Positions 32,547 through 42,504 of a stretch of 64,000 bases of DNA are shown one piece after another. Position numbers and translations under genes: made by a program. Each line of letters starts with the position of its first letter. Position 1 is the stretch's first letter. This stretch comes from an uncultured Gemmatimonadales bacterium (GTDB taxonomy: Bacteria > Gemmatimonadota > Gemmatimonadetes > Gemmatimonadales > GWC2-71-9): the NCBI GenBank assembly GCA_963828735.1, contig CAWHFW010000002.1, forward strand, positions 224,001-288,000. The letters run 5' to 3'. The notes under the pieces are model-generated. The model searched no databases. It saw nothing but the letters and a program-made list of their open reading frames with translations, and was not told the DNA's origin.

Positions 32547-33101
32547 CTATTCCAAGTCCGCGATGAACGGGAGATGACGGTAGTTCTCGGCGTGGTCGAG
32601 TCCGTACCCGACCAGAAAGGCCGGTGGCGCCCGAAACCCGACGAACCGGAGCTCCGGGCGCACCTCCACCGCCAACTGCTTATCGAGGAGGGCACAGATC
32701 GCCAGGCTCCTCGGCCGACGGGCACCGAGCAGCGTCATCAGGCGCTGCAGGGTCTTCCCGGTATCAATAATATCCTCAACCAGCAGAATATGTTTCCCCT
32801 CGAGTCGTGTCTCGGGGTCGTACAGGAGCCGCACCGTGCCGCTCGACACCTTCCCCTTGCCGTAGGAGCTGGCGACCAGGAAATCCACCTGGATCGGACG
32901 CTCGATGGTGCGCACCAGGTCGCTCAGGAAGATGAAGCTCCCTTTGAGCAGTCCGAGCACGAGGAGATCGCCGTCGGGGTAGGCCCCGGTGATCTCGGCG
33001 CCCAGCTCCTGCACCCTGGCCGCGATCGCCGCCTCGTCGTAGACGATGGACTTGACCGGCCGCCCTCCAGTGCGCTTCAGGACCTCAGGTGTGCTCAGCA
33101 T
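32547..33101 (-). CDS. hpt: Hypoxanthine phosphoribosyltransferase
   Basis: LLKGSFIFLSDL, LVEDIIDTGKTL, VGYGLD; tilS-hpt-ftsH synteny. Confidence 0.96.
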   Translation of the reverse strand: MLSTPEVLKRTGGRPVKSIVYDEAAIAARVQELGAEITGAYPDGDLLVLGLLKGSFIFLSDLVRTIERPIQVDFLVASSYGKGKVSSGTVRLLYDPETRLEGKHILLVEDIIDTGKTLQRLMTLLGARRPRSLAICALLDKQLAVEVRPELRFVGFRAPPAFLVGYGLDHAENYRHLPFIADLE

Positions 33102-34407
33102 CGACGCGAACCGCCTCCTTGCCAGGTTCCGGAAGGAGGGCGTCGCTGCGGCTGACGCCCGGAATCCATACCACACCGTCGGGCCCCGCGAGCACCGGCC
33201 ACCGGGCGCGGCGGCTGCGCGGTACGCGCGCGTCTTGAAAGCAGCGAACCAAGAGCCGACGCCCCGACCCGCCCAAGGGGCGGATCCGCTCGCCGACGCT
33301 CCACGCGCGAACCACGAGCGGGGCGGCGGTGAACCAGGCCGTGATGCCGGCTCGTGCCTGTCGAGCGGGAGCCGGCTCGCGCGTCCAACGGAGCCGCCAG
33401 CGACCCCACGCGCCCTCGCCCTGGGCGCCCTCGAGCGACCACCCCGCCTGCGGCGCCGGCTCGTCGACCTGGCTCACCACGAGCCGGTCGAACGCCACCT
33501 CGGCCGCCCACCCCTCCCCCAGCGGCATCATGGCGCCGCTCGAGGCGCCGGCAGCGAGCCGGATGACGCGTCCTGCACACGCGGGTCCGAGGCGGTATCC
33601 GGCCCGTCTCGCCGCGCTCATCAAGACGGTCTCGGCCAGAGGTGAATCATACCCGTTGAGCGCACGGGCAGCAACGGAAAACCCGTCGCGCTCGAGACGA
33701 AAATCGAGGCCCGGAAGCAGGTCGATCACGGCGTTCCACGCCGCCCGGTCGCGGGCCGCGTGGCGGCCCAGGTGGAGCAGCGCGTCATCGACTCGGGGCA
33801 GGTGCGCTCGCAGAGCCGGCAGCACGTCCGCGCGGAGCCAGGAGCGGAAGTGACGCGGGTCAAAGTTGGCGGGGTCGACCCACGCCTCGAGACCCTCAGC
33901 CCGAACGTACGCGAGGATGGCCACGCGGCGGAACGGGAGGAGCGGGCGCACAAGCGTGCCACGGCGCGGCGCCATGCCGGCGAGCCCCGCGGGGCCGGAC
34001 CCCTCGAGCGCCCGCATGAGCACCGTCTCGATCTGATCGTCGGCGTGGTGGGCAGTGAAGATCAGGTGGGCGTCGAGGCGAGCGCGGGCGGCGTCGATCC
34101 ACTCGTAGCGCGCCGCACGCGCGGCCGTCTCCCCGGCGGCCGAGCCGAGCGCGCCCCGGCCCTCTTCGTACGGCAACCCGTATCGGCCCGCGAGCGTCCG
34201 CACGCGGGCCGCGACGTCCGCGCTGTCCGGATGGATTCCGTGGTCGAAGTGGGCGACGAGAAGCTCCTGTCGGTGCACGTCTGCCGTGGCATGCAGGAGG
34301 TGCAGGAGCGCGACGGAGTCGGGCCCGCCCGAGACCGCGACCAGCGCACGGCCCGGCGGTAGGCGGAGGCTCTCCAGATGGCGGCGGAAGTCGTCGGGAA
34401 ACGTCAT
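33085..34407 (-). CDS. tilS: tRNA(Ile)-lysidine synthetase
   Basis: VAVSGGPDS, HFDHG, AHHADDQIET, VRPLL, DPAN. Confidence 0.95.
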   Translation of the reverse strand: MTFPDDFRRHLESLRLPPGRALVAVSGGPDSVALLHLLHATADVHRQELLVAHFDHGIHPDSADVAARVRTLAGRYGLPYEEGRGALGSAAGETAARAARYEWIDAARARLDAHLIFTAHHADDQIETVLMRALEGSGPAGLAGMAPRRGTLVRPLLPFRRVAILAYVRAEGLEAWVDPANFDPRHFRSWLRADVLPALRAHLPRVDDALLHLGRHAARDRAAWNAVIDLLPGLDFRLERDGFSVAARALNGYDSPLAETVLMSAARRAGYRLGPACAGRVIRLAAGASSGAMMPLGEGWAAEVAFDRLVVSQVDEPAPQAGWSLEGAQGEGAWGRWRLRWTREPAPARQARAGITAWFTAAPLVVRAWSVGERIRPLGGSGRRLLVRCFQDARVPRSRRARWPVLAGPDGVVWIPGVSRSDALLPEPGKEAVRVDAEHT

Positions 34408-34429
34408 CGTAGGTGCGCAACGCTCCCGA

Positions 34430-36992
34430 TCAGTAGGCGAAGCCGGCCTGCAGGTAGAACGCCGTGCGGTCGTCCCCGCGTGCGATGGCGATGCTGATCG
34501 TGTTGGGCGGCCCCAGATACGCGAACCAGAAGCCACCGCCGACGCCGGTGTGCCACGTGTCGGACGATTCCCCCTCGAGGTACACCCGGCCCACATCGCC
34601 CAGTGCGAAGAGGCCGAAGTCACCGGGCAGGATCACGAAGTATCGGCCGAGCCGCGCGCGGAGCTCCGCGCTCCCGTACACCGCTGCGTCGCCGGCGTAC
34701 CGCTGTGTGATCACCCCGCGCACGTCGTCCGCTCCCCCGATGAAGGCGGCCTCGAAGAATGGGTATTGGCCCCACACCTTCTTTCCCCCAGCCGCAGGGC
34801 GAGCGTGGGGCCGAACGTCGTATTGGGCGTGAGGTAGGCCGATGCTTCGCCGTGAAGCTCGCCGAATGTCGAGTCCACGTCCCAGATGGCCGGGTAGACG
34901 CTGCCGCTCGCGAGTAGTCGGAATCCGTGTCGCGGAGCGCCGGGGACGTCGCGTGCATCCCATTCGGCCGTGGCAATCGCGCCCGCCCCGCCGAACTTGC
35001 CCACGCCATACGGCTGCGAGATGCCGATGAACCGTGCTGGATCGAGGTCGGTATTCGCGTACTTGAGGGCCGGCCCGACCGAGAAGGTTCCGGTGGCACC
35101 GAGCGGGAACACGACCGACGGCGCGATCAGGTATTGCTTCTGCGGGACCCGGTAGAACTCCTCGTCCTGTTCGATGCGCGTGGTCTCGTTCCCGAATCCG
35201 AAAAACCGCACGACCTCGATACCCGACGCGCGCAACATCACCGAGGTGCGGATCCGGGAGTTCACCCGGTAGAAGTCCCCCTGCAGCTCGGCGCGGAACG
35301 TCTCAGCGCCCGCCGCGTACCCGACGCTCGCGGCCAGTCGCGAGCGCAGCGGCCGTTTGCGGAACCCGAAGTTGTACCGGACTCCGCCGCCGCCGATGAA
35401 GAGGCCGACCTCGGGCCCGATGCTGAACCACGGGCGGAAGCGCCAGAACCCGCCCCAGTCACGCTCGGGGAACGGGGTCGAGTCGCTGGGACTGAAGTCG
35501 GCGAACGGCCGCGGATCGAGGGGCGGAGGATGCCGGCCCGCCGCTTCGTTGGTCCCACGCGCGTCGTAGAACCGGACGCGGCCGCCGCTGGAGGAATCCA
35601 CGACACGATCGTCTCCGCCCCCGCCGATCACGCGGAGCAGTGGCGCTTCCCCACCCTCCCCCGTGATGCGCACCGCGTCGTCACCACCGTGCAGGTACAG
35701 CCGCACCTCCTTGGTCTCGTCGCGGCTGAAGCGTCGATGGAACAGCGGCGATGCGCTTTCATGCGCCGGATACATCGCCACGTCCAGCGTCCGATCTCCC
35801 CGGAGGATCTCGACCCGGTCGGCCTTGTCGCTCGCGTAGACGTCCGGCTCGGCGGCGAGCACCCGGTAGAAGCGCCGCGCCGCCTCGGGCAGGTGATCGC
35901 GACGACTCCTGAGCGCGGCCGCGAGCCAGGTGCCGTTGCGATCGCGGAATTCGGGCGGCAGGTGTGCCACCGCGTCGTCGATCACCGTGTCGGTGATCAG
36001 GCCCTGCAGCTCCGTCGCGGCGGAGTCCCACACGGGCCACTCGAGGCCACTCAGGAGACGGCGGTCGAGCACGCGCGCGTTCCAGGTGAGCCCGACCATG
36101 CTGGGATAGTCGGGCGAGAACGCGACCAGCTGCGGAGCCGAGAGGCGTGCGAGGTCGAGCAGGAGGCCGTCGAATCGGGCGAAGGCCTGATCGCGGTCCC
36201 GCGGGATCGGCGTCCAGGGCACGGTGTCGGCATCCCCGAGTCGCGCCCACCGCCACTGATCCTGGTGGCGATCCCAGTCGCCCAGGAGCAGGTCGACGAG
36301 TCGGGCCGACAGGAAGGCTCGAACATCCGCGCGCTCGTCTTGATGCTTCTCGAGGCGGTCGAACAGCTCGTAGGTGCCGATGATCTTGTCTGCGCCGGCG
36401 AAGCCGGGACCCTTGTCCGTCTGACGCTCTTCGATCGTGCCGAGCAGGCCGCCGAAGACCGGGCGGAACTTGCCCAGCGAGGGATCGTCCGGGAGGAGCA
36501 CGAGCCGGGGGGACGTATGCACCACGTGCGCAGCGTCGAGAATAGGGCTCACCACGAGGGGCGCGGCGGGATGGCCGGCGCTCATCTGGTCCTGGAGGAT
36601 CTCCTGCACGACGGTGTGCTTGAGCTCAACGGGCAGCAGTGGCGATGGATCCTTGTCCAGCGAGCGAAACGCGTACTCGCGGCCGTCGCCACCCTTGAAG
36701 CGCAGCGACTTGGTCTGCTTGCCGCCCCCCGCTCGGTGGGCCGAAGGCCACCGGCGAAGCGACTCAGGTCGAGGATGGGCACGCGGACGGGCGTGGTCCA
36801 CAGGTCCCGATAGTGGCTGCCGAACAGCCAGCGGTGAAATCCGCCGGCGGCGTATTGGGCGCTCGGCGTGACCAGGGTGTCGTGCACGCCGAGGACCGTA
36901 TCCGAGGCGGCCTGCGCCGCGGCGGACCCGGCGTCTACCCCAGCGCCGGTCGCCAGCATGATCCCCAGGCGCCACCCCGTCAACCGGCCCAT
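34430..36992 (-). CDS. Omp85/BamA-like barrel protein with N-terminal atypical-kinase-like domain; two apparent single-G deletions (~36727 and ~34787)
   Basis: Three ORF pieces join into one protein: signal peptide + HYRDLWTTPVRVPILDL, then GGGKQTKSLR...GDWDRHQDQW..., then the barrel ending FYLQAGFAY. Both junctions fall in G homopolymers. Confidence 0.8.
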
Positions 36993-39900
36993 ACGAGCTC
37001 CTCCTCGACACTGTGGTCTGCCGCGATCGCCTGGGCCTGCGCCGTTGCGGGATCGCCGACCGCCAAACTCGTCCGTTGCCGATAGCTGCCGTCCGGTCCA
37101 AGCTCCCAGGCGGCGGGGTCCGCGAGCTCCTGGTCGAGTAGGCGCGCCAGCCTGCTCCGGCACCGGGCGTCGAGCACCGGGGCGGCGACCTCGACCCGAC
37201 GGCGGAGGTTCCGGGCTCGCCAGTCGGCCGAGGCGATGAAGTACTCGTCGGCACCCGCGTTCGCAAAGTGGTAGATGCGCGCGTGCTCCAGGAACCGGCC
37301 GACCAGGCTGCGCACCCGAATCCGCTCCGAGAGCCCCGCCACGCCCGGCTTGAGGGTGCACACGCCGCGCACCACGAGATCGATGTCCACCCCTGCCGAG
37401 GATGCCTCGTAGAGCGCGCGCACGATCTCCGCGTCGTCCAGTCCGTTCAGCTTGGCGCGGATCCGGCCGGGTCGCCCGGCCCGCGCGTGCTCGGCTTCCC
37501 GCGCGATCCGCTCCAGGAGCCCGCGCCGGAGATGCTCCGGCGCAACGAGGAGGCGGCGGAGCTCCGCGCCCGGCGCGCGCGACGTCCCGGTGAGCTGATT
37601 GAACAGGTCTCCGAGATCGTCGGCGATAGCGGGATCGGCGGTCAACAGACCCAGATCGGTATAGAACCGCGCCGTCGCCGCATTGTAGTTCCCGGTGCCG
37701 ATGTGCGCGTAGCGGCGGATCTCTCCCTCCTCCCGGCGCGCGACCAAGGCGACCTTCGCGTGATTCTTGAGTCCGACCACGCCGTACACCACCTGGGCGC
37801 CGGTTCGCTCGAGCTGCCGCACCCACCCGATGTTGCGCGCCTCGTCGTAGCTGGCCTTGAGCTCGATGAACGCCACGACCTCCTTCCCCGCCGCGGCGGC
37901 GCGAAGCAGAGCATTCACGATCGGTGAGTTCTCGCCGGTGCGGTAGAGCGTGAGCTTGACCGACACCACGGCGGGATCGTCCGCGGCCTCGTTGAGCAGT
38001 CGGAGGACGGTCGCCGAGAAGTCGTCGTAGGGATGATGCACCAGGCGGTCGCGCTCGGCGATTACCTGCCAGATCGAGCGGCCCGCCGGCATGGGGTCGC
38101 GACCCGCGAAGGGGGGAAACGCGCCGCCCGGCACGGGCAAGGCCGCGAGGTGCCGTAGGTCTCCCGGCGCCATGACGCCGCCGATCTCGTGGATCACGAG
38201 CTCGCCGGCCGCCGGCCCGCCCTCGAACCGGAGCTCCTGCACCAGCATGTCGCGCAGCACCTGCGAGGTCCCTTGCTCGAGCTCGACGCGCACGGCCGGG
38301 TTCACGGCGCGCTGGTCGAGCTCTTCCTCGATCGCCTGGAGCAAGTCGCCCGCGTCGGCGTCGTCGAGCTCCAGGTCGCCCCGGCGCGTCACACGGAACA
38401 GCACGGCCTCCTCGATGGTGCGATCGGGATACAACAGCGCCAGGTTGGCGAGCACGATGTCTTCGATGGGCACGAGGTCCCGGCCGCCCTCGAGCGCGAC
38501 GAACCGGGGCAATGCGGGCGGAATCCGGACGTACGCGAAATGTCGAGGCCCGGTCGCCTCGCTCTGCAGCGACACCGCGAGCGACAGGGTGAGCGCGGGG
38601 ATCAGGGGAAACGGGTGGCCCGGGCTCATCGTGATCGCGCGCGGCGTCAGCGCCGCGAAGAACTCCCGCCGAAACCGTGTCCGCAGCGCCTCCCGGTCGG
38701 TCTCCCGGAGGCCGTCCCAGCGCCTCAGTCGGTAGCCGTGCTCCGCGAGGCGCGCGAGGCAGTCGGCGATGGTGAACTGCTGGCGGGCGAGGAGCTCCTG
38801 CACGCGGGCCTCGACCGTGTCGCGTTCCGCCGACATGTAGTACTCGTCGAGGTTGGCGCTCACGATCGCGATGTATCGGAGCCGTTCGAGCAAGGGCGTG
38901 CGGTCGTCCTCCGCCAGGGCGAGGACGCGCGAGTTGAACTCGAGAAGGCTTCGGCGCGGTTCGAGCAGGTCCGCCGGTGTCGGTGTCTCCTCGAGCGGCG
39001 CGGCCGCGACGCCCGACTCCGCGCCGTCGGCCCACTCCGGCACCAGCGAGGACCGGGACGCCAGGCCGAACGCCGCCTGCGTGGCTGGATCGCGAAGCGA
39101 CGAGGTCCGGACGGCGCGCGCGAACTCCACGACCGGCATCCAGTCGACCCGGCGTTTATCCCTCGGCTCGAGCCCGCGACGCAGGCGCCGCGCGACCCAC
39201 ACCTCGAGACTCGGCTGCTCGATCGACGCGGTGGCGCGCCCGACGAGCACCAGATCCGCCACCCTCGTGCCGAACCATTCGGCGAGACCATGTCGCACGG
39301 CGTGTTCGCCGGCGCCCGGCGTGACGGGCAACCGAAGGCCCTGGCCATCCGTGAGGACGGCAACGCGGCCGTCATCCAGGACGATGACGGCCACGGCCCG
39401 GCCGAGGTCGAGGTTCCGGACCAGGCTTTCGCGACCCATCTGCCGGAGCAGCTCGCGCGCGCGCGCCATCTTGGTCTGCAGCACGGGGCGGAGTCCCCGG
39501 GACTGCTCCAGCGCGCGGGCCAGCTCCTCGAGGCGGGGGCCGCCCCGCTGCAGGCGGCGAACCTTGAGCTCCCGGAACTCCCGCGAGAGCGCGCCGTTCC
39601 GCACCGTCACCCGGTCGTACAGGAACGCGAACCGGCCGGGGAGCGGCCACGCGCGACCGGCAAGGCGCACGGTGCGCTCGATCTCGAGCTCGAAGCGCGG
39701 CTCGAGGCGGGCGGCGTCCACCAGGCCACGGAGACGTCGCGCGGGCTCGCTCGCCCCGCGGAGAATGGCGGGCAAGTCCACTTCCTCGGTGTTCGCCTCG
39801 AACACCTCGCGCGGGCCCGACACCGGCAGCCCCGGCTCCGCGAAGCCGAGCGTGAGTGTGCGGCGATCGTCCGCGCCGTAGCGGACGCGGCAGGTGATGC

Positions 39901-40060
39901 CCCGCGTGGCGAGGACGTTGTCACTGGTATCCACGTACACGTCGCGGTAGAGTCGGCGCTCGTTGTTTCGCTCACGGAGGCCCGCGGGGAGCGGCTCGGT
40001 CGCGAGCGTGGCCAGTAGCGCGGAGGTGGGAACGTCGCAGCGGAACTCGGCAGGCGGCAT
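36980..40060 (-). CDS. ppk1: Polyphosphate kinase 1 fused to N-terminal CYTH-like and degenerate NUDIX-like domains (~1026 aa)
   Basis: SLLEFNSRVL, HPFP, LVHHPYDDF, KLTLYRT, IELKASYDE, LKNHAK, HIGTGNYN, RFLEHAR, SADWRARNL; N-terminal DVYVDT..L...GITCRVR. Confidence 0.92.
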   Translation of the reverse strand: MPPAEFRCDVPTSALLATLATEPLPAGLRERNNERRLYRDVYVDTSDNVLATRGITCRVRYGADDRRTLTLGFAEPGLPVSGPREVFEANTEEVDLPAILRGASEPARRLRGLVDAARLEPRFELEIERTVRLAGRAWPLPGRFAFLYDRVTVRNGALSREFRELKVRRLQRGGPRLEELARALEQSRGLRPVLQTKMARARELLRQMGRESLVRNLDLGRAVAVIVLDDGRVAVLTDGQGLRLPVTPGAGEHAVRHGLAEWFGTRVADLVLVGRATASIEQPSLEVWVARRLRRGLEPRDKRRVDWMPVVEFARAVRTSSLRDPATQAAFGLASRSSLVPEWADGAESGVAAAPLEETPTPADLLEPRRSLLEFNSRVLALAEDDRTPLLERLRYIAIVSANLDEYYMSAERDTVEARVQELLARQQFTIADCLARLAEHGYRLRRWDGLRETDREALRTRFRREFFAALTPRAITMSPGHPFPLIPALTLSLAVSLQSEATGPRHFAYVRIPPALPRFVALEGGRDLVPIEDIVLANLALLYPDRTIEEAVLFRVTRRGDLELDDADAGDLLQAIEEELDQRAVNPAVRVELEQGTSQVLRDMLVQELRFEGGPAAGELVIHEIGGVMAPGDLRHLAALPVPGGAFPPFAGRDPMPAGRSIWQVIAERDRLVHHPYDDFSATVLRLLNEAADDPAVVSVKLTLYRTGENSPIVNALLRAAAAGKEVVAFIELKASYDEARNIGWVRQLERTGAQVVYGVVGLKNHAKVALVARREEGEIRRYAHIGTGNYNAATARFYTDLGLLTADPAIADDLGDLFNQLTGTSRAPGAELRRLLVAPEHLRRGLLERIAREAEHARAGRPGRIRAKLNGLDDAEIVRALYEASSAGVDIDLVVRGVCTLKPGVAGLSERIRVRSLVGRFLEHARIYHFANAGADEYFIASADWRARNLRRRVEVAAPVLDARCRSRLARLLDQELADPAAWELGPDGSYRQRTSLAVGDPATAQAQAIAADHSVEEELVWAG

Positions 40061-40065
40061 ACCGC

Positions 40066-42504
40066 TCACTCTCCGATTGCGGCCCGCCGGGCCTTGAGGC
40101 GTTCCTCCGCGAGCGCGCGCGCTCGGGTGAACCCGGCCTGAAACTCCGGACGCGTCCACACTCGGTCGAACAAGCCGGACCGGAGCTGCCACTGATGCAG
40201 CATCGGGGAGTGCGCCAGCGCCCGCTCCAGCCAGGTCAGGGATTGGGCGGCATCGCCGCGCCAGGCGTAGTAGGCCGCGAGGTCAGCATACTGGTGCAGG
40301 AACGCGTAGCGCTCCGCATCGAGCTCGCCTCCAAGCGAATCGGCCAGGGCCGCGGCCTCCACGTTCCGTCCCAGTTGATGGAGGCACATCGCCCGGACGG
40401 CGACCCAGGGGCCAGGATCGTGGGCGGCGCACTCGGCTGCCTTACCCGAGAGAAGCTGTGCGTAGCCCTGAAGGACGGCCGAGACCGGATCCACGCCACC
40501 GCCGGGGAGCGCGGGCCGCACTTCGCGGAGCGCCACGTCGTAGCGGCGTGCGCCGATCGCGAGCGCAACCAGCGAGTGGCGCACCCCCGGCGCGAGAGGA
40601 TCCAGCGCGAGGCCGCGCCGGGCCTCCCTCAGCGCGGCATCGAGCTTCCCCTCGCGGAACAGGGCCCACGCGTAGGTCATGGCGATGTCGGCCGAGTTGG
40701 GCTTGAGGTGGCGCGCTCGCTCCGCGTCCGCCCGCACCGAATCCTCGGGAAGGAACGCGATCGAACGGGCGTCGGCCCTCGCGAGATAGCCCTCGGCGGC
40801 CATCGTATCCCGGGCCACCGCCCGCCCCGCCAGGCGGAGCGCCTCGGCGAGCTCGCCGTAGGGATCGGCCTCGCCGCGGTAGCCGTAGATGACGGCGTAG
40901 GTGTGCGCGGAGGCGAGCCCCGCGAGTGCCTGCGGGTAGTCGGCGTCCTGCGCGAGCGCTTCTTCGAAGGCACTCACGGCGAGTCGGAGGCCCTCCGGGG
41001 TCCGCCGCTGGAGCCAGTACACGCCCTTGAGATACGACTCGTACGCCGCGATCTGCGCGGTGCGCCGGGGCGCGGCCGGCATCGGCGCTCCGCCGCTCGA
41101 GGCGACCAGCGCGCCTGCGACCTGTCGGGCGATGGCGTCCTGCAGCTGGAGCAGCTGGCCCTCGCTCAGGCGGTAGGTCTCCTGCCAGAGCACGCGGTCG
41201 CGCCGCGCATCGAAGAGCTGCACGCGGGCCTCGATGCGCTCGCCCGTCCGCTCGAGCGAGCCGTCGAGGACATGGCGGACGTGGAGCGTGTCGGCCACCT
41301 GGCGCACCGTGAGCCGGTGGCCCTTGAGCGCGACGACCGAGGTCGGCGAGATCACCCGGAGGCCCTCCACCTGCGCCAGGCGGTCGATGATCTCGCGGCT
41401 CAGGCCGTCCCCGAGGTATTCGTCCTCGAGATTGTCGCTCCGGGTAGCGAGCGGAAGCACGGCAATCGTGGCGAGATCGTCGGGCGTGTCCGAAAGCGTG
41501 GCCCCGCCGCGTAAGCCGCGGAAGCGGGCGACGCCCAGCGCGACCAGGACGATCACCGCAGCCGCGACGAGGACGCGGCTCCAGATCGAGCCCGAGCCCG
41601 TCCGCTCGTTGCCCGGCAGCCGCCAGTCCGCCACTTCCGCGGGCGTCGGCGTGCTGAGCCGCGCGGGCTCCCCCATCTCGGCGCGAAGATCGGCCGCCAT
41701 GTCGCCGGCCGTCTGGTAGCGATCCTCCGGACGTTTGGCCAGCGCTCGATCGACGATCGCGAGGACGGCCGGCGTCACCTCGGGCCGCAGCTCGGCCACG
41801 GGCGTCGGCTTTCCCGCGGCCTGCTTGACGAGCACTTCGCGCAGGTTGGCGCCCCCGAAGGCCATCGTGCCTGTGAGCATCTCGTACAGTACGCATCCCG
41901 CGCCGTATACGTCGCTGCGGGGGTCGCCGCCTCCCCCGCCCTGCGCCTGCTCCGGACTCATGTAGGCGGCGGTCCCGATCGGCAGCCCGCGCGCGGTGAG
42001 GGAGTTGCCGCTGGCGAGCCCGATGGCGCGCGCGATGCCGAAGTCGGCCACCACCGCGTGGCCATTGGACAACAGGATGTTCTCCGGCTTGACGTCCCGG
42101 TGAACGATGCCCTGGCGATGGGCGTAGTCGAGCGCTTCGGTCACCTCGCGGCCGAGCAGGAGCGCCTCGTTCACCGGCAAGCGGCCGCTCAGGAGCCTCT
42201 CGCGGAGACTCTCACCGTCTACGAACGGCATCACGGAGTAGAGCAGGCCGGCGGCGTCACCCGAGTCGATCAGCGGAAGGATGTTCGGATGCTGGAGCTG
42301 GGCAGTGATGCGGATCTCGCGGAGGAACCGTTCGCCCGCGACGGAAGTCATGACGGTGGGGCTGAGCACCTTGATCGCGACTTCGCGGCCCAGCTTGCGG
42401 TCCCGTGCGAGGAAGACCGTCGCCATTCCGCCGCGCCCCGCCTCGCGCTCCACGACGTAGCGGTCACGAAGCGCGTCCTTGAGCCGCGACAGCAATTCGC
42501 TCAT
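40066..42504 (-). CDS. Ser/Thr protein kinase with TM helix, TolB-N-like domain and TPRs
   Basis: GRGGMATV, VAIKV, HRDVKPEN, DFG, YMSPE; IAVLPL...YLGDGLSREII. Confidence 0.93.
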   Translation of the reverse strand: MSELLSRLKDALRDRYVVEREAGRGGMATVFLARDRKLGREVAIKVLSPTVMTSVAGERFLREIRITAQLQHPNILPLIDSGDAAGLLYSVMPFVDGESLRERLLSGRLPVNEALLLGREVTEALDYAHRQGIVHRDVKPENILLSNGHAVVADFGIARAIGLASGNSLTARGLPIGTAAYMSPEQAQGGGGGDPRSDVYGAGCVLYEMLTGTMAFGGANLREVLVKQAAGKPTPVAELRPEVTPAVLAIVDRALAKRPEDRYQTAGDMAADLRAEMGEPARLSTPTPAEVADWRLPGNERTGSGSIWSRVLVAAAVIVLVALGVARFRGLRGGATLSDTPDDLATIAVLPLATRSDNLEDEYLGDGLSREIIDRLAQVEGLRVISPTSVVALKGHRLTVRQVADTLHVRHVLDGSLERTGERIEARVQLFDARRDRVLWQETYRLSEGQLLQLQDAIARQVAGALVASSGGAPMPAAPRRTAQIAAYESYLKGVYWLQRRTPEGLRLAVSAFEEALAQDADYPQALAGLASAHTYAVIYGYRGEADPYGELAEALRLAGRAVARDTMAAEGYLARADARSIAFLPEDSVRADAERARHLKPNSADIAMTYAWALFREGKLDAALREARRGLALDPLAPGVRHSLVALAIGARRYDVALREVRPALPGGGVDPVSAVLQGYAQLLSGKAAECAAHDPGPWVAVRAMCLHQLGRNVEAAALADSLGGELDAERYAFLHQYADLAAYYAWRGDAAQSLTWLERALAHSPMLHQWQLRSGLFDRVWTRPEFQAGFTRARALAEERLKARRAAIGE

